In this document: positions 49,137 to 59,514 of the stretch, piece by piece
Position numbering within the stretch: position 1 is the stretch's first letter
Layout of the letters: each line of letters opens with the position of its first letter
NCBI GenBank assembly: GCA_026983835.1
Contig: JALSTH010000116.1
Coordinates: 16,362 to 80,361, forward strand
DNA: 64,000 nt
DNA from: Candidatus Zixiibacteriota bacterium
Lineage (GTDB): Bacteria > Zixibacteria > MSB-5A5 > UM-FILTER-46-8
Direction of reading: 5' to 3'
Made by a program: the position numbers and the translations under genes
Notes under the pieces: model-generated
Told to the model about the DNA's origin: nothing
The model's input: only the letters and a program-made list of their open reading frames with translations
The model's database searches: none

Positions 49137-52100
49137 TTATCGAACAATTGCGATCTTTGTGAATTTATATTCGCTCTCACTTCCGTATTGCGCCTCCACA
49201 CGGGCGATATAAACACCCGAGGCGAAAGAGGAGCAATCCCAATCAAATTCATTATCAGACGGACCCCGTGCGGTAATATGATGCTCATCCATCAGATTAC
49301 CGGCCACATCAAAAATTCTAATACCGATTCGTGTCTCTCCTTCCTTACCTATTTTATATCTTATATGCGAAACAGCGCTATGAGTTGGATTGGGCCAGGC
49401 ATAAACCGATGATAATAATATCCCCGAAGGATTCTTTGGAGCCGATAATCCGCCGGGATGATAAAACCTATGCTCGGGACCGCGACCGTAAGTGGGCCAA
49501 ATATTCAAGGAATCCGCTGATTGTTTCTGGATATCCCAAATGTTGATATAACCATCATCCCCTCTCGCACCCAAATCGATATCGCCATCCCCGTCCAAAT
49601 CAGCTATGAAAGGAGAGGAATTTACCGGCATACCAACCGCCAATGGGAAATTATCGAGAGAGGTCCCATCTTTGGAAAATACATAGATATCCCGGTCCGT
49701 CCCCCCCATAATAATATCCGGATAACCATCCGCATCAATATCCCCAACCACGATGGGAGAATTTATTAAACCGACCGGTTCGTTTCCATTCAACTCAACG
49801 GGGAAATTTTCCAAACTTAATCCGTTATAGCTAAAACAATACACTTTGTTATTCCCGGGGACTATAACTTCCAGAAAACCATTTCTGTTAATATCAGCCA
49901 TAACTACATCAGCCCCCAAATAATCTCCGGTGCCGATAGGCCAGCCATTCAATTCTCCCCCATTTATCGAATAAGCCATTATCTCCCCCTCAAGGCTGGA
50001 GACGATAACATCATCAATTCCATCACCATCCAAATCGCCGACTGCAGGTTCATAAAATCGAACATCCGAAGCACCCCTTTTCCATACAAGTGAGTGTTGC
50101 TCCAAATTTATCGCTCCGACATAGGAGCTGTCATCGGAGGAATCGGCTGGATTGCAAGCGAAAACAATTTCTTCGATATTGGAACCGAGAGCCAACCCGG
50201 TCGGAACGCCGGGTATCGAATCGGTGCTGTCAATAAGCTCGCCTTTATAATTATATATTGAAATTACACCGTTTGCCGAAGCGATACAAATCTCATCAGT
50301 AGCCACATTATCATCGAAATTCGCAAGCAACGGCGTAGTGGCGGCGAGGGTATCCATTTCCACAGGAAAACCATCTAACATATCCGCCAATCCGTCATCG
50401 TCAGAATCCGTAATACTATAAGCATAGAGCTTTCCATCATCGGCTCCGATAACAACCTCCGCTATGCCATCGCCGTCAATGTCTCCAACGGACGGCGTTC
50501 CGATATAACTCGCCGTGTCGGCTAAAAGGGCGAATATTTTCAAGGGAACATCGATATAATCACCGTCGAATCCGAGCGTCCGCAAGGTGAAATCGTTATC
50601 TATTATCCCGGAACCGTCATAGTTGTATCCGGTAAGAATATAATCCTTCGCTTGGAATATCTCCATAGTTCCATCTCCATCGATATCGACCGGAACCGGG
50701 TGGGAGGCGACCTTACCCGGAACGGACATCAGGGGCCAACCGGACATTGTAATATCCCTTTTAACATCGAAGAACATCATTGTATCCGCAGCGGTTATAT
50801 TGGTGATGGAAATTCCCGTATATGCCCCGGAATTGGAAGCCGAAGAGAAAGGCAAAGTAAAGGGGGTGATGCTGTTTACCGCATCGGTCGGAAACAGGTC
50901 CAATGTGGAACCATAGCCCGCATGGTATGAATTTCCGAAATCCACCTCGTCATCGGCTTCAACCACCCTCATAAACCATCTTGTAGTATCGCATTGTAAG
51001 GTATTGGTGTACCAATTTCCCAAACCGCTACCGGTGTAATCCTGATAAGCGACGACCTCGTCGATATGGAAAACCAACAGACCGCCGAGTGTATCCGGCT
51101 CATCCCCTTCAGGCAACAATCTATCATATTCGCCGTTTACAACCTTCACCAAACTATCGCCTTGAATATAAGCATATCCGGGTCCCATCACCACGCTGGT
51201 TGTTTTGTCCAACAAAATGACATTCGGGTAATCTATCGAGGGGTTGAAAGCATCGAAATCGAACTCTCTCAACCTATCTTCGATCACAAAATATTCATAA
51301 TTGTCTATTGGCACCTTGACACATTTAACCCCATCTTTGGGCATTCCCGAGCCGATTATTTCGATGTCGGCGGTATCGTTTGCCACCAACGGATTCACAA
51401 ACCCCAAATAAGCTTTATGCCAAATATCGAGGGATGCCGGGAGCACCCCAAAAACCAACGGCAGCGGATCGCCAAAATCGACAGCAACATCGGCAAAGTT
51501 ATTGTCCATCAAGGAAAAATCCCCGACACGGGTCGTGAAACTACAGGTGGAATAAATATCTCTCGTACCCAAAATATGACCGAACTCATGTGCCATAACG
51601 GAATTCAACACTCGGACAGGCCATTCGATACCCGGTCGATCCTGAGTAACGGTCTCCGGCATAATTATTCCTTCGGATATAGTATGTGCGCCGTTATCGA
51701 CAGGAACCCCGTTTCCGGTTAGAAACATAAACCCGGTAGGCAAATCATACGGCGAATCGTAATTGACATCGTTTTGCCAATCCGAGCCCGGATGGAAAAT
51801 TATAATCGGTTTTAATCTCCCGTCCGGCTGGGCAAAATCGATATCGGGGGAAACCGAATCAGCCAAAGCAACCGCTTCGCTGAAATATCCACCCAAGACA
51901 TTTTGGAAGGAATAACCGTATTTTTCCCAATACTCGCGAAGAGTCAAAGGGAGATGATAAGTTGAATCATCACCGGGGGGCCAGATTTCATATTGTATCT
52001 GAAGCGTATGCCCGGACATTTCCCACCAATAATGCGCCATCGCCTTCATATGCTCGGAGAAGTATGCTTTATTATGGGGAGATGTATCGAAGAAATGCCC

Positions 52101-52484
52101 TTCCTCCTGATAAAATTGGAGGGTATCCCGCATATCGAACAAGCCGTTCCCGGTCGTGGAGTCATCATCAGGTATCTCCTCTTTAAATTCCACCCTCAAG
52201 CCAAGAGCTATCAGCGTATCTATCTGATGCACATCCAAAGGAAGTCCCTTTCGGGCGTAAGGCAAAGCTCCGGGCCTTTCCCTTTCGAGTTGTAATATAT
52301 TGCTATGGGAAACCTGCGGAGTGAAACTTTTCCGTTTCAAAACTTCCGCTTTTACCATTCGATTCTCATTCGGCGTAACGATCCTTTTAATTTTAAGAAT
52401 ATCCTTAGATGGTTCAGCCGACGCAATAGTTATAACTGCCGAAACAAGAAGTAAAACCATCAATGGTAATTTACGGCTATTCAA
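49137..52484 (-). CDS. M6-like (immune inhibitor A type) metalloprotease with FG-GAP/VCBS repeats and T9SS-type CTD
   Basis: Signal peptide; HEFGHILGTRD, FSLMD Met-turn, W.K.YLG, EYFVIE.R; multiple GD+DGDG..E repeats; YAWPNP...GVY...KIAIVR. Confidence 0.85.
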   Translation of the reverse strand: MNSRKLPLMVLLLVSAVITIASAEPSKDILKIKRIVTPNENRMVKAEVLKRKSFTPQVSHSNILQLERERPGALPYARKGLPLDVHQIDTLIALGLRVEFKEEIPDDDSTTGNGLFDMRDTLQFYQEEGHFFDTSPHNKAYFSEHMKAMAHYWWEMSGHTLQIQYEIWPPGDDSTYHLPLTLREYWEKYGYSFQNVLGGYFSEAVALADSVSPDIDFAQPDGRLKPIIIFHPGSDWQNDVNYDSPYDLPTGFMFLTGNGVPVDNGAHTISEGIIMPETVTQDRPGIEWPVRVLNSVMAHEFGHILGTRDIYSTCSFTTRVGDFSLMDNNFADVAVDFGDPLPLVFGVLPASLDIWHKAYLGFVNPLVANDTADIEIIGSGMPKDGVKCVKVPIDNYEYFVIEDRLREFDFDAFNPSIDYPNVILLDKTTSVVMGPGYAYIQGDSLVKVVNGEYDRLLPEGDEPDTLGGLLVFHIDEVVAYQDYTGSGLGNWYTNTLQCDTTRWFMRVVEADDEVDFGNSYHAGYGSTLDLFPTDAVNSITPFTLPFSSASNSGAYTGISITNITAADTMMFFDVKRDITMSGWPLMSVPGKVASHPVPVDIDGDGTMEIFQAKDYILTGYNYDGSGIIDNDFTLRTLGFDGDYIDVPLKIFALLADTASYIGTPSVGDIDGDGIAEVVIGADDGKLYAYSITDSDDDGLADMLDGFPVEMDTLAATTPLLANFDDNVATDEICIASANGVISIYNYKGELIDSTDSIPGVPTGLALGSNIEEIVFACNPADSSDDSSYVGAINLEQHSLVWKRGASDVRFYEPAVGDLDGDGIDDVIVSSLEGEIMAYSINGGELNGWPIGTGDYLGADVVMADINRNGFLEVIVPGNNKVYCFSYNGLSLENFPVELNGNEPVGLINSPIVVGDIDADGYPDIIMGGTDRDIYVFSKDGTSLDNFPLAVGMPVNSSPFIADLDGDGDIDLGARGDDGYINIWDIQKQSADSLNIWPTYGRGPEHRFYHPGGLSAPKNPSGILLSSVYAWPNPTHSAVSHIRYKIGKEGETRIGIRIFDVAGNLMDEHHITARGPSDNEFDWDCSSFASGVYIARVEAQYGSESEYKFTKIAIVR

Positions 52485-52500
52485 GATAAAACTCCTTTAA

Positions 52501-55110
52501 TTAAAATCTAGCTGTCATCGAGAATCTCATTGTGTTGGCTAAGCGGTTCTTATCACCAAAAGCGCTTGGAATATAAGAGAAATCGAAACGATAATTGGTG
52601 TATTGCAACCCGGCGCCGAGGGTGTAATATCTCTGGTCCCCTTCCTTATCGTTGACGAAACCCGCACGGAGCGCGAGGAATGTTCCATACCAATATTCAG
52701 CTCCTATATGGGCAATCACCTGTTCCAACCTTTCGGCTATCTTATTCTTCAAACCTTCCCGCTTGAAATCGGTCAAGCCTATGAGCAATTTGGAACCTTC
52801 ACCGATCAGGGTTAGCTTGTTGTAAGGATTTTTAAAAATATCATAAGCCAAACTCAAAGTCAAATTCCTTGGCAGCGGGTCCGCCTGAGCCGCATCAATA
52901 TAGGAAATGTCGGGACCTATATTGGTGATGCTCAATCCCATCTTCAATTTCCTGACGGGCGTATTCCAAAGCATTCCACCATCGACCGCAAATGATGATG
53001 CCGTCCCACTGCCCCTTTCCTGTCCCGCTCCCACATCCGACAGATGGGAATGGATATACTTGGCACTCATCCCCAATGACAGTTTATCACTAACTCTTGT
53101 GCCATAACTGATCGCCAACGCCATTTCGTAGGAAAAGAAGGTTCCCAAATCCTCTCCCTGTTCGCCTGTTCTCTGTTGAGAACCGTATGAAAGGAAAGTT
53201 ATTGCTCCACCCATTGTCCCCACACCTTCTATGTGCTGAACATAGGAGAGATATTCGAAATAGATATCATTGGCAAGTTCCACCAACCAATTACTGTGCA
53301 TAAAAGACATTTCGCGCTTAGCGTGAGCCGCCACCACCAACTCATCGGGAGTAGCCAACCATACCTCTCCATCCTTCTCCACAAGACTCACAACCCCTTT
53401 CTCATCGAGATTTGCGTGCGTATATCTCTTCCAATTATTACCGGAACCTATAAATGTACCGTAATTTGTCCCAACGATTACTTTATTACTTCCATTACCC
53501 CCCACGGCCAAAATCTCAGTAGCCAACGGCGATGACGGAATATAAAGAATCTCCCCGGCATTTATAGGGGAACTTTCCAAATTATTAAAAGAAGTAATTC
53601 CAACAGCCAATTGCTGCACCTTTTTATCGGTAGCCGCCTTGCCCAATAGATTGCGGGCGATACTTTCCGGTGTATCCCCTTGCTTTGCCGAATATTCCTT
53701 GAAACCATAGTAACTCCACGCTTTCCCATCGAAACCGGCCAATCCATCGGTCGTCGCAACCCAAAGGTTATCATTACTGTCGATGTAAATCGATTTAATA
53801 TCGCCCTTGATAACTGCGGTATAGGGGATTTTGATTTTTGTTCCCTTTTCGGGAACGGAATCACCAAATGCGTTGTAATCGCTAACTATCTTCACCGCCT
53901 CATCCAAAGCGGGACCGGGCTTCAGGTGGATATATTTACAGACTGCTTTTTGTAAATCTTCCCCTACATTCAAAGTATAGTTGGCGTAGGAAAGAAAAGA
54001 TCCTCCCTGATATTTGGCTAAACCGCTATCCGTAATCACCCAAATATCATTCCTTTTACCCACTTCGATATCCAAAATTCTGTTGCTCGGAAGGCCATTT
54101 TCGGTGGTGTAAGAAATCCATTTTCTTCCGTTGTATTTGGAAATGCCCTCGCTCGTGCCTATCCATACGGTCCGCATTTTCGCAAAAGCGACATCGGTCA
54201 CATCATTGGATATCAGCGAATCGGCCGTCGAATACGATACCCAGCGTTTCCCGTTGTATTTATATAATCCGGTAGGTGTTCCAACCCATAAATCCTTGGC
54301 ATCCGAGGTTAAAGTCGTCAATGTGTCGGGCAACACGAAATCATAAGGAACATCGATTTTTTCCGGCAACCTTACTTTAACCGCCCCGTTTATCGCAAAG
54401 GTCAGTTTATCCAACTCATCGGCGGTAAGAGAATCATCTTGCAGAGCCTTATCGGTCATCCCTACCAGCTTGTCGAATTTCACAGGATCAAGAGTAAGTT
54501 CCGCCCAAGCGTTAACAAGGGTTTCCAATGAATATTTTATGTCGTCGATATAAGCATAATCCGCGGGGATATTAGCTTTTATCCTATTCGATAAGCCATA
54601 CACTTCCGATTTATCCATTTTATTATTGGCAACCGCTAATTTGTCCCTCAATACCTTGATGCTATCGTCATTATCGACTCCGGAGAAACGCCTGACAATA
54701 TCCTCCGCATTCTCCCCCGGAAAAGGATAATACATCTCCCCATAAACCCATTTTTCCCCATTGAAGCGCGCCAATTTATTGCCCAACAATCCCCAAGTAT
54801 CATACTTACGGTAGTTGTTATCAGGCATACCATTATCCATAATCGCTATCTGCCCGATTTTTGATTTGGTATTATTGGGATACTCAAACCACGCCGGCGA
54901 CAATGGATAACGCCCCAATCCTGCGGGATTCCAATAGGTGGCATTTGCATCATCAGCAATGGATGTAAAAGCATCACCCATCCCCGAAGCCCTTGCGCCA
55001 GGGGGCAAAAGCAAAAAGATAACACCCGCTTGACTTACTTGAGCTACGGTGTCAACCGCTATCGAAGAAACCATCAGCAGAGCCAAAAAGGTGATTAGTA
55101 TTAGTTTCAT
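52501..55110 (-). CDS. porV: PorV-family outer-membrane barrel with large inserted beta-propeller/LysM-like region
   Basis: N-terminal FL...PGARASGMGDA....ADDA.A.YWNPAGL; barrel resumes at SFMHSNWLVELANDIY with K.IHS.L, G.SITNIGP.ISY, DPLP, G.EYWY, LRAG, terminal F. Confidence 0.85.
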   Translation of the reverse strand: MKLILITFLALLMVSSIAVDTVAQVSQAGVIFLLLPPGARASGMGDAFTSIADDANATYWNPAGLGRYPLSPAWFEYPNNTKSKIGQIAIMDNGMPDNNYRKYDTWGLLGNKLARFNGEKWVYGEMYYPFPGENAEDIVRRFSGVDNDDSIKVLRDKLAVANNKMDKSEVYGLSNRIKANIPADYAYIDDIKYSLETLVNAWAELTLDPVKFDKLVGMTDKALQDDSLTADELDKLTFAINGAVKVRLPEKIDVPYDFVLPDTLTTLTSDAKDLWVGTPTGLYKYNGKRWVSYSTADSLISNDVTDVAFAKMRTVWIGTSEGISKYNGRKWISYTTENGLPSNRILDIEVGKRNDIWVITDSGLAKYQGGSFLSYANYTLNVGEDLQKAVCKYIHLKPGPALDEAVKIVSDYNAFGDSVPEKGTKIKIPYTAVIKGDIKSIYIDSNDNLWVATTDGLAGFDGKAWSYYGFKEYSAKQGDTPESIARNLLGKAATDKKVQQLAVGITSFNNLESSPINAGEILYIPSSPLATEILAVGGNGSNKVIVGTNYGTFIGSGNNWKRYTHANLDEKGVVSLVEKDGEVWLATPDELVVAAHAKREMSFMHSNWLVELANDIYFEYLSYVQHIEGVGTMGGAITFLSYGSQQRTGEQGEDLGTFFSYEMALAISYGTRVSDKLSLGMSAKYIHSHLSDVGAGQERGSGTASSFAVDGGMLWNTPVRKLKMGLSITNIGPDISYIDAAQADPLPRNLTLSLAYDIFKNPYNKLTLIGEGSKLLIGLTDFKREGLKNKIAERLEQVIAHIGAEYWYGTFLALRAGFVNDKEGDQRYYTLGAGLQYTNYRFDFSYIPSAFGDKNRLANTMRFSMTARF

Positions 55111-55187
55111 TATCTCCTCCTAAAAATTAAACTATAGAATTTTCGGTTTTTAAACATCAATTATTTTCGCCTTAATATAGTAACGAT

Positions 55188-58100
55188 CTATTTTAATTTC
55201 AATGCTTTTTGGACACTCTCCGCCTTACCTCCCGGTCCATCGACAATAACCTTGTAAATATACACCCCGTTTGCCACCTCATCATTATCGTCATCCCTGC
55301 CATTCCATTCGACGAAGTTGTATGAATTTTCGGTCGGACAGTTTTTTATTGTCCTTATTTTCAGACCCGATAAAGTAAATATCAGTATCTCCGCTTTTCT
55401 GACATCGCTTCTGTTAACCAGATATTGAATCACCGTCTTCGACCTGAACGGATTTGGGTAATTCATTACTTCCGCCAATTCGGTTGCGCCTTGTTCCACT
55501 ACTTCTATGTTGAACATCACCCTAGCGGAATTATTATTATTGTCCCACACCTTAAACTCAACTGAATGCCCTCCTTTCTCCAAACCGCTGACGGGATACT
55601 CCAACGATCCGGTTTGATAACTGTTGACATCATACTCGAATTTATCACTCAAATTCGCATCTAAACTTTCCCCTCCATCGATTCTCAAAGAAATATAATG
55701 ACCCGCCTGCCCGGTCATATTTATTCCGCTGGAATCGGCAATGACTGCGGAAAAAGTGAAATCGGAGCCTATGGTCATAAAGTTTCCCTTCAACTCCGAG
55801 TCGTTAAGGTATATCGTTATATCCGGACCGGTCGAGTCATCGGGGGCCCCAACAGCTCTTCCCAAATAAAGGGAATCATAATAACCGGCACCATTTATCC
55901 CCGTATCCTCATCCAAAACGAAGACCAAAATTTTACCGGTCTGTTTACCGTAATCAATGTCTTTCGGCATCAGGAATTTCGAGGCGAACAATCCATCGGA
56001 TACCTCTACAGGACCACGGAAAACGGTATTCCCAGCATGCTTGTATGTAAAACTTGTGCCGTAGGGTATCAATTGCACTGCATCGTGAGCGGTAATATAA
56101 GCTACTCCGTTAAAATCGGTGGCTACGGAACTATCACCATAAGTGACTTCGCCGTCTATCGTCACCAATCCCAATGCATTCAGCGTATCTTCAGCCGAAT
56201 CCGTTGCAACCGAAGTTATATCTACATTCAATATAGGGGCGGCAATCCTAAGCTCCGCATCTCCGAAGGATTCATACCGCAAATCGTTGCTACTCGAATG
56301 CCTTAAGAGTTTAGCCACATAAAACGCTTCGGCGACGGAAAACGAATCCGAGTAGAGCAACTCATCGAAAAATTTATTATTCAGGGCTTCATTCGAGGAG
56401 GCATAAACTCCCCGAGTAGCAGCAATAACGAAAATCGCCCCCCCAGCGGAGTTTGCCCTCAAAAAATCTTCCGCCATTCCCTCTTCGGTAGGGTCATCGA
56501 AAAACCCGATACTGCAGGAGGCTCCGAATACCAAAGGTAATCTTTTTAGATTGGTAAGCCGCGGAATATCCTCATCCCTTTTGAAAGTATGTTCATGCAT
56601 CCAGACATTCTTATTACCATGACCGATATAATCTATGATTAAAGAACCATCGTTAAAGGCGGAAAGTATCGCTTGATTAACCAATGGTTTTGTTCTGCCC
56701 TCTTCCATAGGGTAATCCACCGCGTAAATTTTATTTATCTCATAAGAAGGAGGAATATGCCCATTGGCAAGGTCTTCGGCTTGGCTGGTATGATACCATT
56801 CATCATCGTAATCATCCTTGCCGTATTGGTCATCGGCAACGATAGAAATCCTATTCTCCCACTCCCCAGGATCCAAATCCGCATCGTAAGTGGTAATCTT
56901 ATTGAGGACATTTTCCAATTGCTGGTTTGATTTAACGGAAATCCTCGATATGTACATATCAGGGAATCCGGAATCGTCACTATCAAAATCCCCGTAAGCC
57001 CCAAAGAAAACATAATTGTCATCGGAAGCCCAAGCATCAAAACTCCCGCCGGGCGTAGCCTCGAATGGAGGGATATAAGAGGGAATACCCAATCCCATAT
57101 TATCTAAATAATCGTAATGGCCATCCCCTATCAGGGTGCAGGATGACGGCTTCGGCGTGCTCCAGTTCTCAAAAGCATATCGGAGGAAATAACGAATCGC
57201 CAACGGATCGGACCTCCCCCAACCAAATTCATTATAAACATCCGTAATATTTGCGACATAATAATTCAAACCATTGAGCGACTGTCTGTGCTGAGCCAAG
57301 GCTTCCGCCTGTTCTCTGAAACCATCATAAGTTATTATAATCGCATCGGCTGAATTCATCACACCCCTTAACCCCGCGGGGATATACGATTCCAATGATG
57401 AAACACTCAGATACCCAGCCGAATTGGTATAATAAAAACTCGTCACCAGTCCATCCGACGAATATTGAAATCTCCATGCACCATTTCCACCCTCACCACC
57501 TTCCAACCTTTTAGGCTGCAATGGATTCGTAATATCCAAAAGAATTTCATTCGGGTCGGAATTACTCAATTGGAAGATATATGAACCCGGCTGCTTCGAG
57601 CCCCTGAAATGCAAAGAATTTCCATCGACTGAAAGATAACGGTTATACTCAATTTCGAAGTAGTTAAAAGATACCTTACCAGCATAAGAAAACTCGAAAG
57701 AATTCAACCCATCCTGCAGATTAAGGGCATATAAAGTGCTTAAATACGATACACGGGAGGCAAAAACAGCATCGGTTCCGTTTAATTTTAAGGAGGCGGC
57801 GGCATTTGTCGGCAAATCGGAGTATGAATAAGTATAAATCCAAGCGGTATCCCCCATTACAACATCATAAAACGGATTATCATTAAAAAAAGTGAACCCA
57901 TCCCCCTCCTCCCAATACCACTCGAAATAATCCCCTATTCCACCATCGCTTTTTGTCCGTAGCAGATTGTTATGCTCCACCCGAACGAAATCCCTAAAAG
58001 TGGACACGGATGGCAACCCGGGATTGCTTATGTCGGCATTGGTTATCTCCCACCTTTGCGGCTGATGTTGAAATTGGGTGTTCCCAAAGGTTAGGAAAAA

Positions 58101-59132
58101 ATAATTGTTTTTCTCATAATGATTATAATGATAGGCATATTTACCCGAAGTGCTGTCATAATCGAACCCGTTCACCGGCGGGGCATAGAAAAGAATAAAG
58201 TCATTGGAATCAAAGCTCCCGTCTTCCTCACCGTTTATATAAATCGGCACCTCGGTCAACATCGGATATACCTCGCTGTTATCGGTGGGAAGCTCCTTGG
58301 AGGGCGAACCGAAGATCCTTATCGTTCTCGGATCCAAACCGGCAAGATCAACACCGGAATTCAACAAAACATAATAAGTCAGCTTATAAACTCCTTCATC
58401 CGAAGTATTAAATTTAAACCAAACCGATGAGGAATCGAAAGGTGAACCGGAAATCATCGAGAATTGGGATGACTGTTTATAGTGCCACATTTTCGATTGC
58501 TCATAATTAATCAATAGACTTTTCAGAATCCGTTTGGCAAAACGGTCCTCCGCGACCTTCTTAATCCCTATTTCATTTTTTACATTAAAGTCTATGGTGA
58601 TATCTATGGATTGATAAGCAACCGCTAATTTATCGGAAGGATTATATCGAGCTGTCAAAACGGTCAATTTCAAAACCCTCAAATCGCGGATATAGCTTAC
58701 TTCCTGCGAAACCAGAGGATTAGCAGGTAAAAATCCCGCGGGAGTGTTATAACTCCCCGATTGCGGAAGTGGTTTTAATGATTTGAATACCTTTGCTCCC
58801 GGATTCCCAATGACTGAGACAATCGGTTTACTGTTAGGTGGTAAGGCTATATAAAAATTCTTTGCCGGAAGCGAAGGATATCCGGGTTGATTTATGGTAT
58901 AGCCATCTTCAGCCTGCAAGACGCTATAATTCCCATCTTCGGAATCAATATCCCGGGCGGTGATATCTCCCGGACGATATTGAAATCTCACCCCATTATC
59001 ATCCTTCTCGTAGAAAGCGATATTACCCTTATTAGGGTATATTGGCTTCGTCCCGATAGCTGATCTCGCGAAAGAGGAATTTAAGGGGGCTATAACAAGG
59101 AGAATTATAAAAAACAAAAATATCCGTCGCAT
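55188..59132 (-). CDS. porU: Type IX secretion sortase PorU (peptidase C25 family)
   Basis: Signal peptide, GVYKL, G.EDGSFD..D.ILFY, IGDG.YD, SDD, VADD, catalytic YIGHG and ASC, SGIN..G..GH, NYPNPF CTD; adjacent to porV. Confidence 0.92.
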   Translation of the reverse strand: MRRIFLFFIILLVIAPLNSSFARSAIGTKPIYPNKGNIAFYEKDDNGVRFQYRPGDITARDIDSEDGNYSVLQAEDGYTINQPGYPSLPAKNFYIALPPNSKPIVSVIGNPGAKVFKSLKPLPQSGSYNTPAGFLPANPLVSQEVSYIRDLRVLKLTVLTARYNPSDKLAVAYQSIDITIDFNVKNEIGIKKVAEDRFAKRILKSLLINYEQSKMWHYKQSSQFSMISGSPFDSSSVWFKFNTSDEGVYKLTYYVLLNSGVDLAGLDPRTIRIFGSPSKELPTDNSEVYPMLTEVPIYINGEEDGSFDSNDFILFYAPPVNGFDYDSTSGKYAYHYNHYEKNNYFFLTFGNTQFQHQPQRWEITNADISNPGLPSVSTFRDFVRVEHNNLLRTKSDGGIGDYFEWYWEEGDGFTFFNDNPFYDVVMGDTAWIYTYSYSDLPTNAAASLKLNGTDAVFASRVSYLSTLYALNLQDGLNSFEFSYAGKVSFNYFEIEYNRYLSVDGNSLHFRGSKQPGSYIFQLSNSDPNEILLDITNPLQPKRLEGGEGGNGAWRFQYSSDGLVTSFYYTNSAGYLSVSSLESYIPAGLRGVMNSADAIIITYDGFREQAEALAQHRQSLNGLNYYVANITDVYNEFGWGRSDPLAIRYFLRYAFENWSTPKPSSCTLIGDGHYDYLDNMGLGIPSYIPPFEATPGGSFDAWASDDNYVFFGAYGDFDSDDSGFPDMYISRISVKSNQQLENVLNKITTYDADLDPGEWENRISIVADDQYGKDDYDDEWYHTSQAEDLANGHIPPSYEINKIYAVDYPMEEGRTKPLVNQAILSAFNDGSLIIDYIGHGNKNVWMHEHTFKRDEDIPRLTNLKRLPLVFGASCSIGFFDDPTEEGMAEDFLRANSAGGAIFVIAATRGVYASSNEALNNKFFDELLYSDSFSVAEAFYVAKLLRHSSSNDLRYESFGDAELRIAAPILNVDITSVATDSAEDTLNALGLVTIDGEVTYGDSSVATDFNGVAYITAHDAVQLIPYGTSFTYKHAGNTVFRGPVEVSDGLFASKFLMPKDIDYGKQTGKILVFVLDEDTGINGAGYYDSLYLGRAVGAPDDSTGPDITIYLNDSELKGNFMTIGSDFTFSAVIADSSGINMTGQAGHYISLRIDGGESLDANLSDKFEYDVNSYQTGSLEYPVSGLEKGGHSVEFKVWDNNNNSARVMFNIEVVEQGATELAEVMNYPNPFRSKTVIQYLVNRSDVRKAEILIFTLSGLKIRTIKNCPTENSYNFVEWNGRDDDNDEVANGVYIYKVIVDGPGGKAESVQKALKLK

Positions 59133-59321
59133 AGCTTTTCCTAAGCATTAAATTTAAGAAACAAAAAAGCAACTCATCTATCGATTATCAAGGGCATTAA
59201 TTAATATCGGAAAAAATAATTCGTTCTGTTCAAAACCCTTTAACTATTCGACGATATAAGTTCCTTTTTTTATAACCTTTGACCTTTAATTTTTGGATTG
59301 TTTTATTATTGTAAACCCTTT

Positions 59322-59349
59322 AACATACTATTTGTTCGGAAAATGTCAA
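59322..59349 (-). promoter_or_regulatory. Putative sigma70-type promoter of the porU cluster
   Basis: TTGACA-16-TATGTT about 190 nt upstream of porU. Confidence 0.5.
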
Positions 59350-59514
59350 GTCAAAATTAATATTTATTGCGAAAATTTTATTGGGAAAAGGAAGATAAAA
59401 GGTATCCCTCTATGGTCATATATGAGGGAAGGGGGACAGGCTCAATGCCTGCCCCTATAATTTTGATTATGATCAATCTCACTTACTCCAACAGAAGGGT
59501 AAAATAAGAATATT

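Noticed and set aside
59405-59458. Twin hairpins here and at 21016-21072 as a repeat family or mini-CRISPR
   Set aside because: No sequence identity between them and no repeat-spacer periodicity; consistent with ordinary terminators
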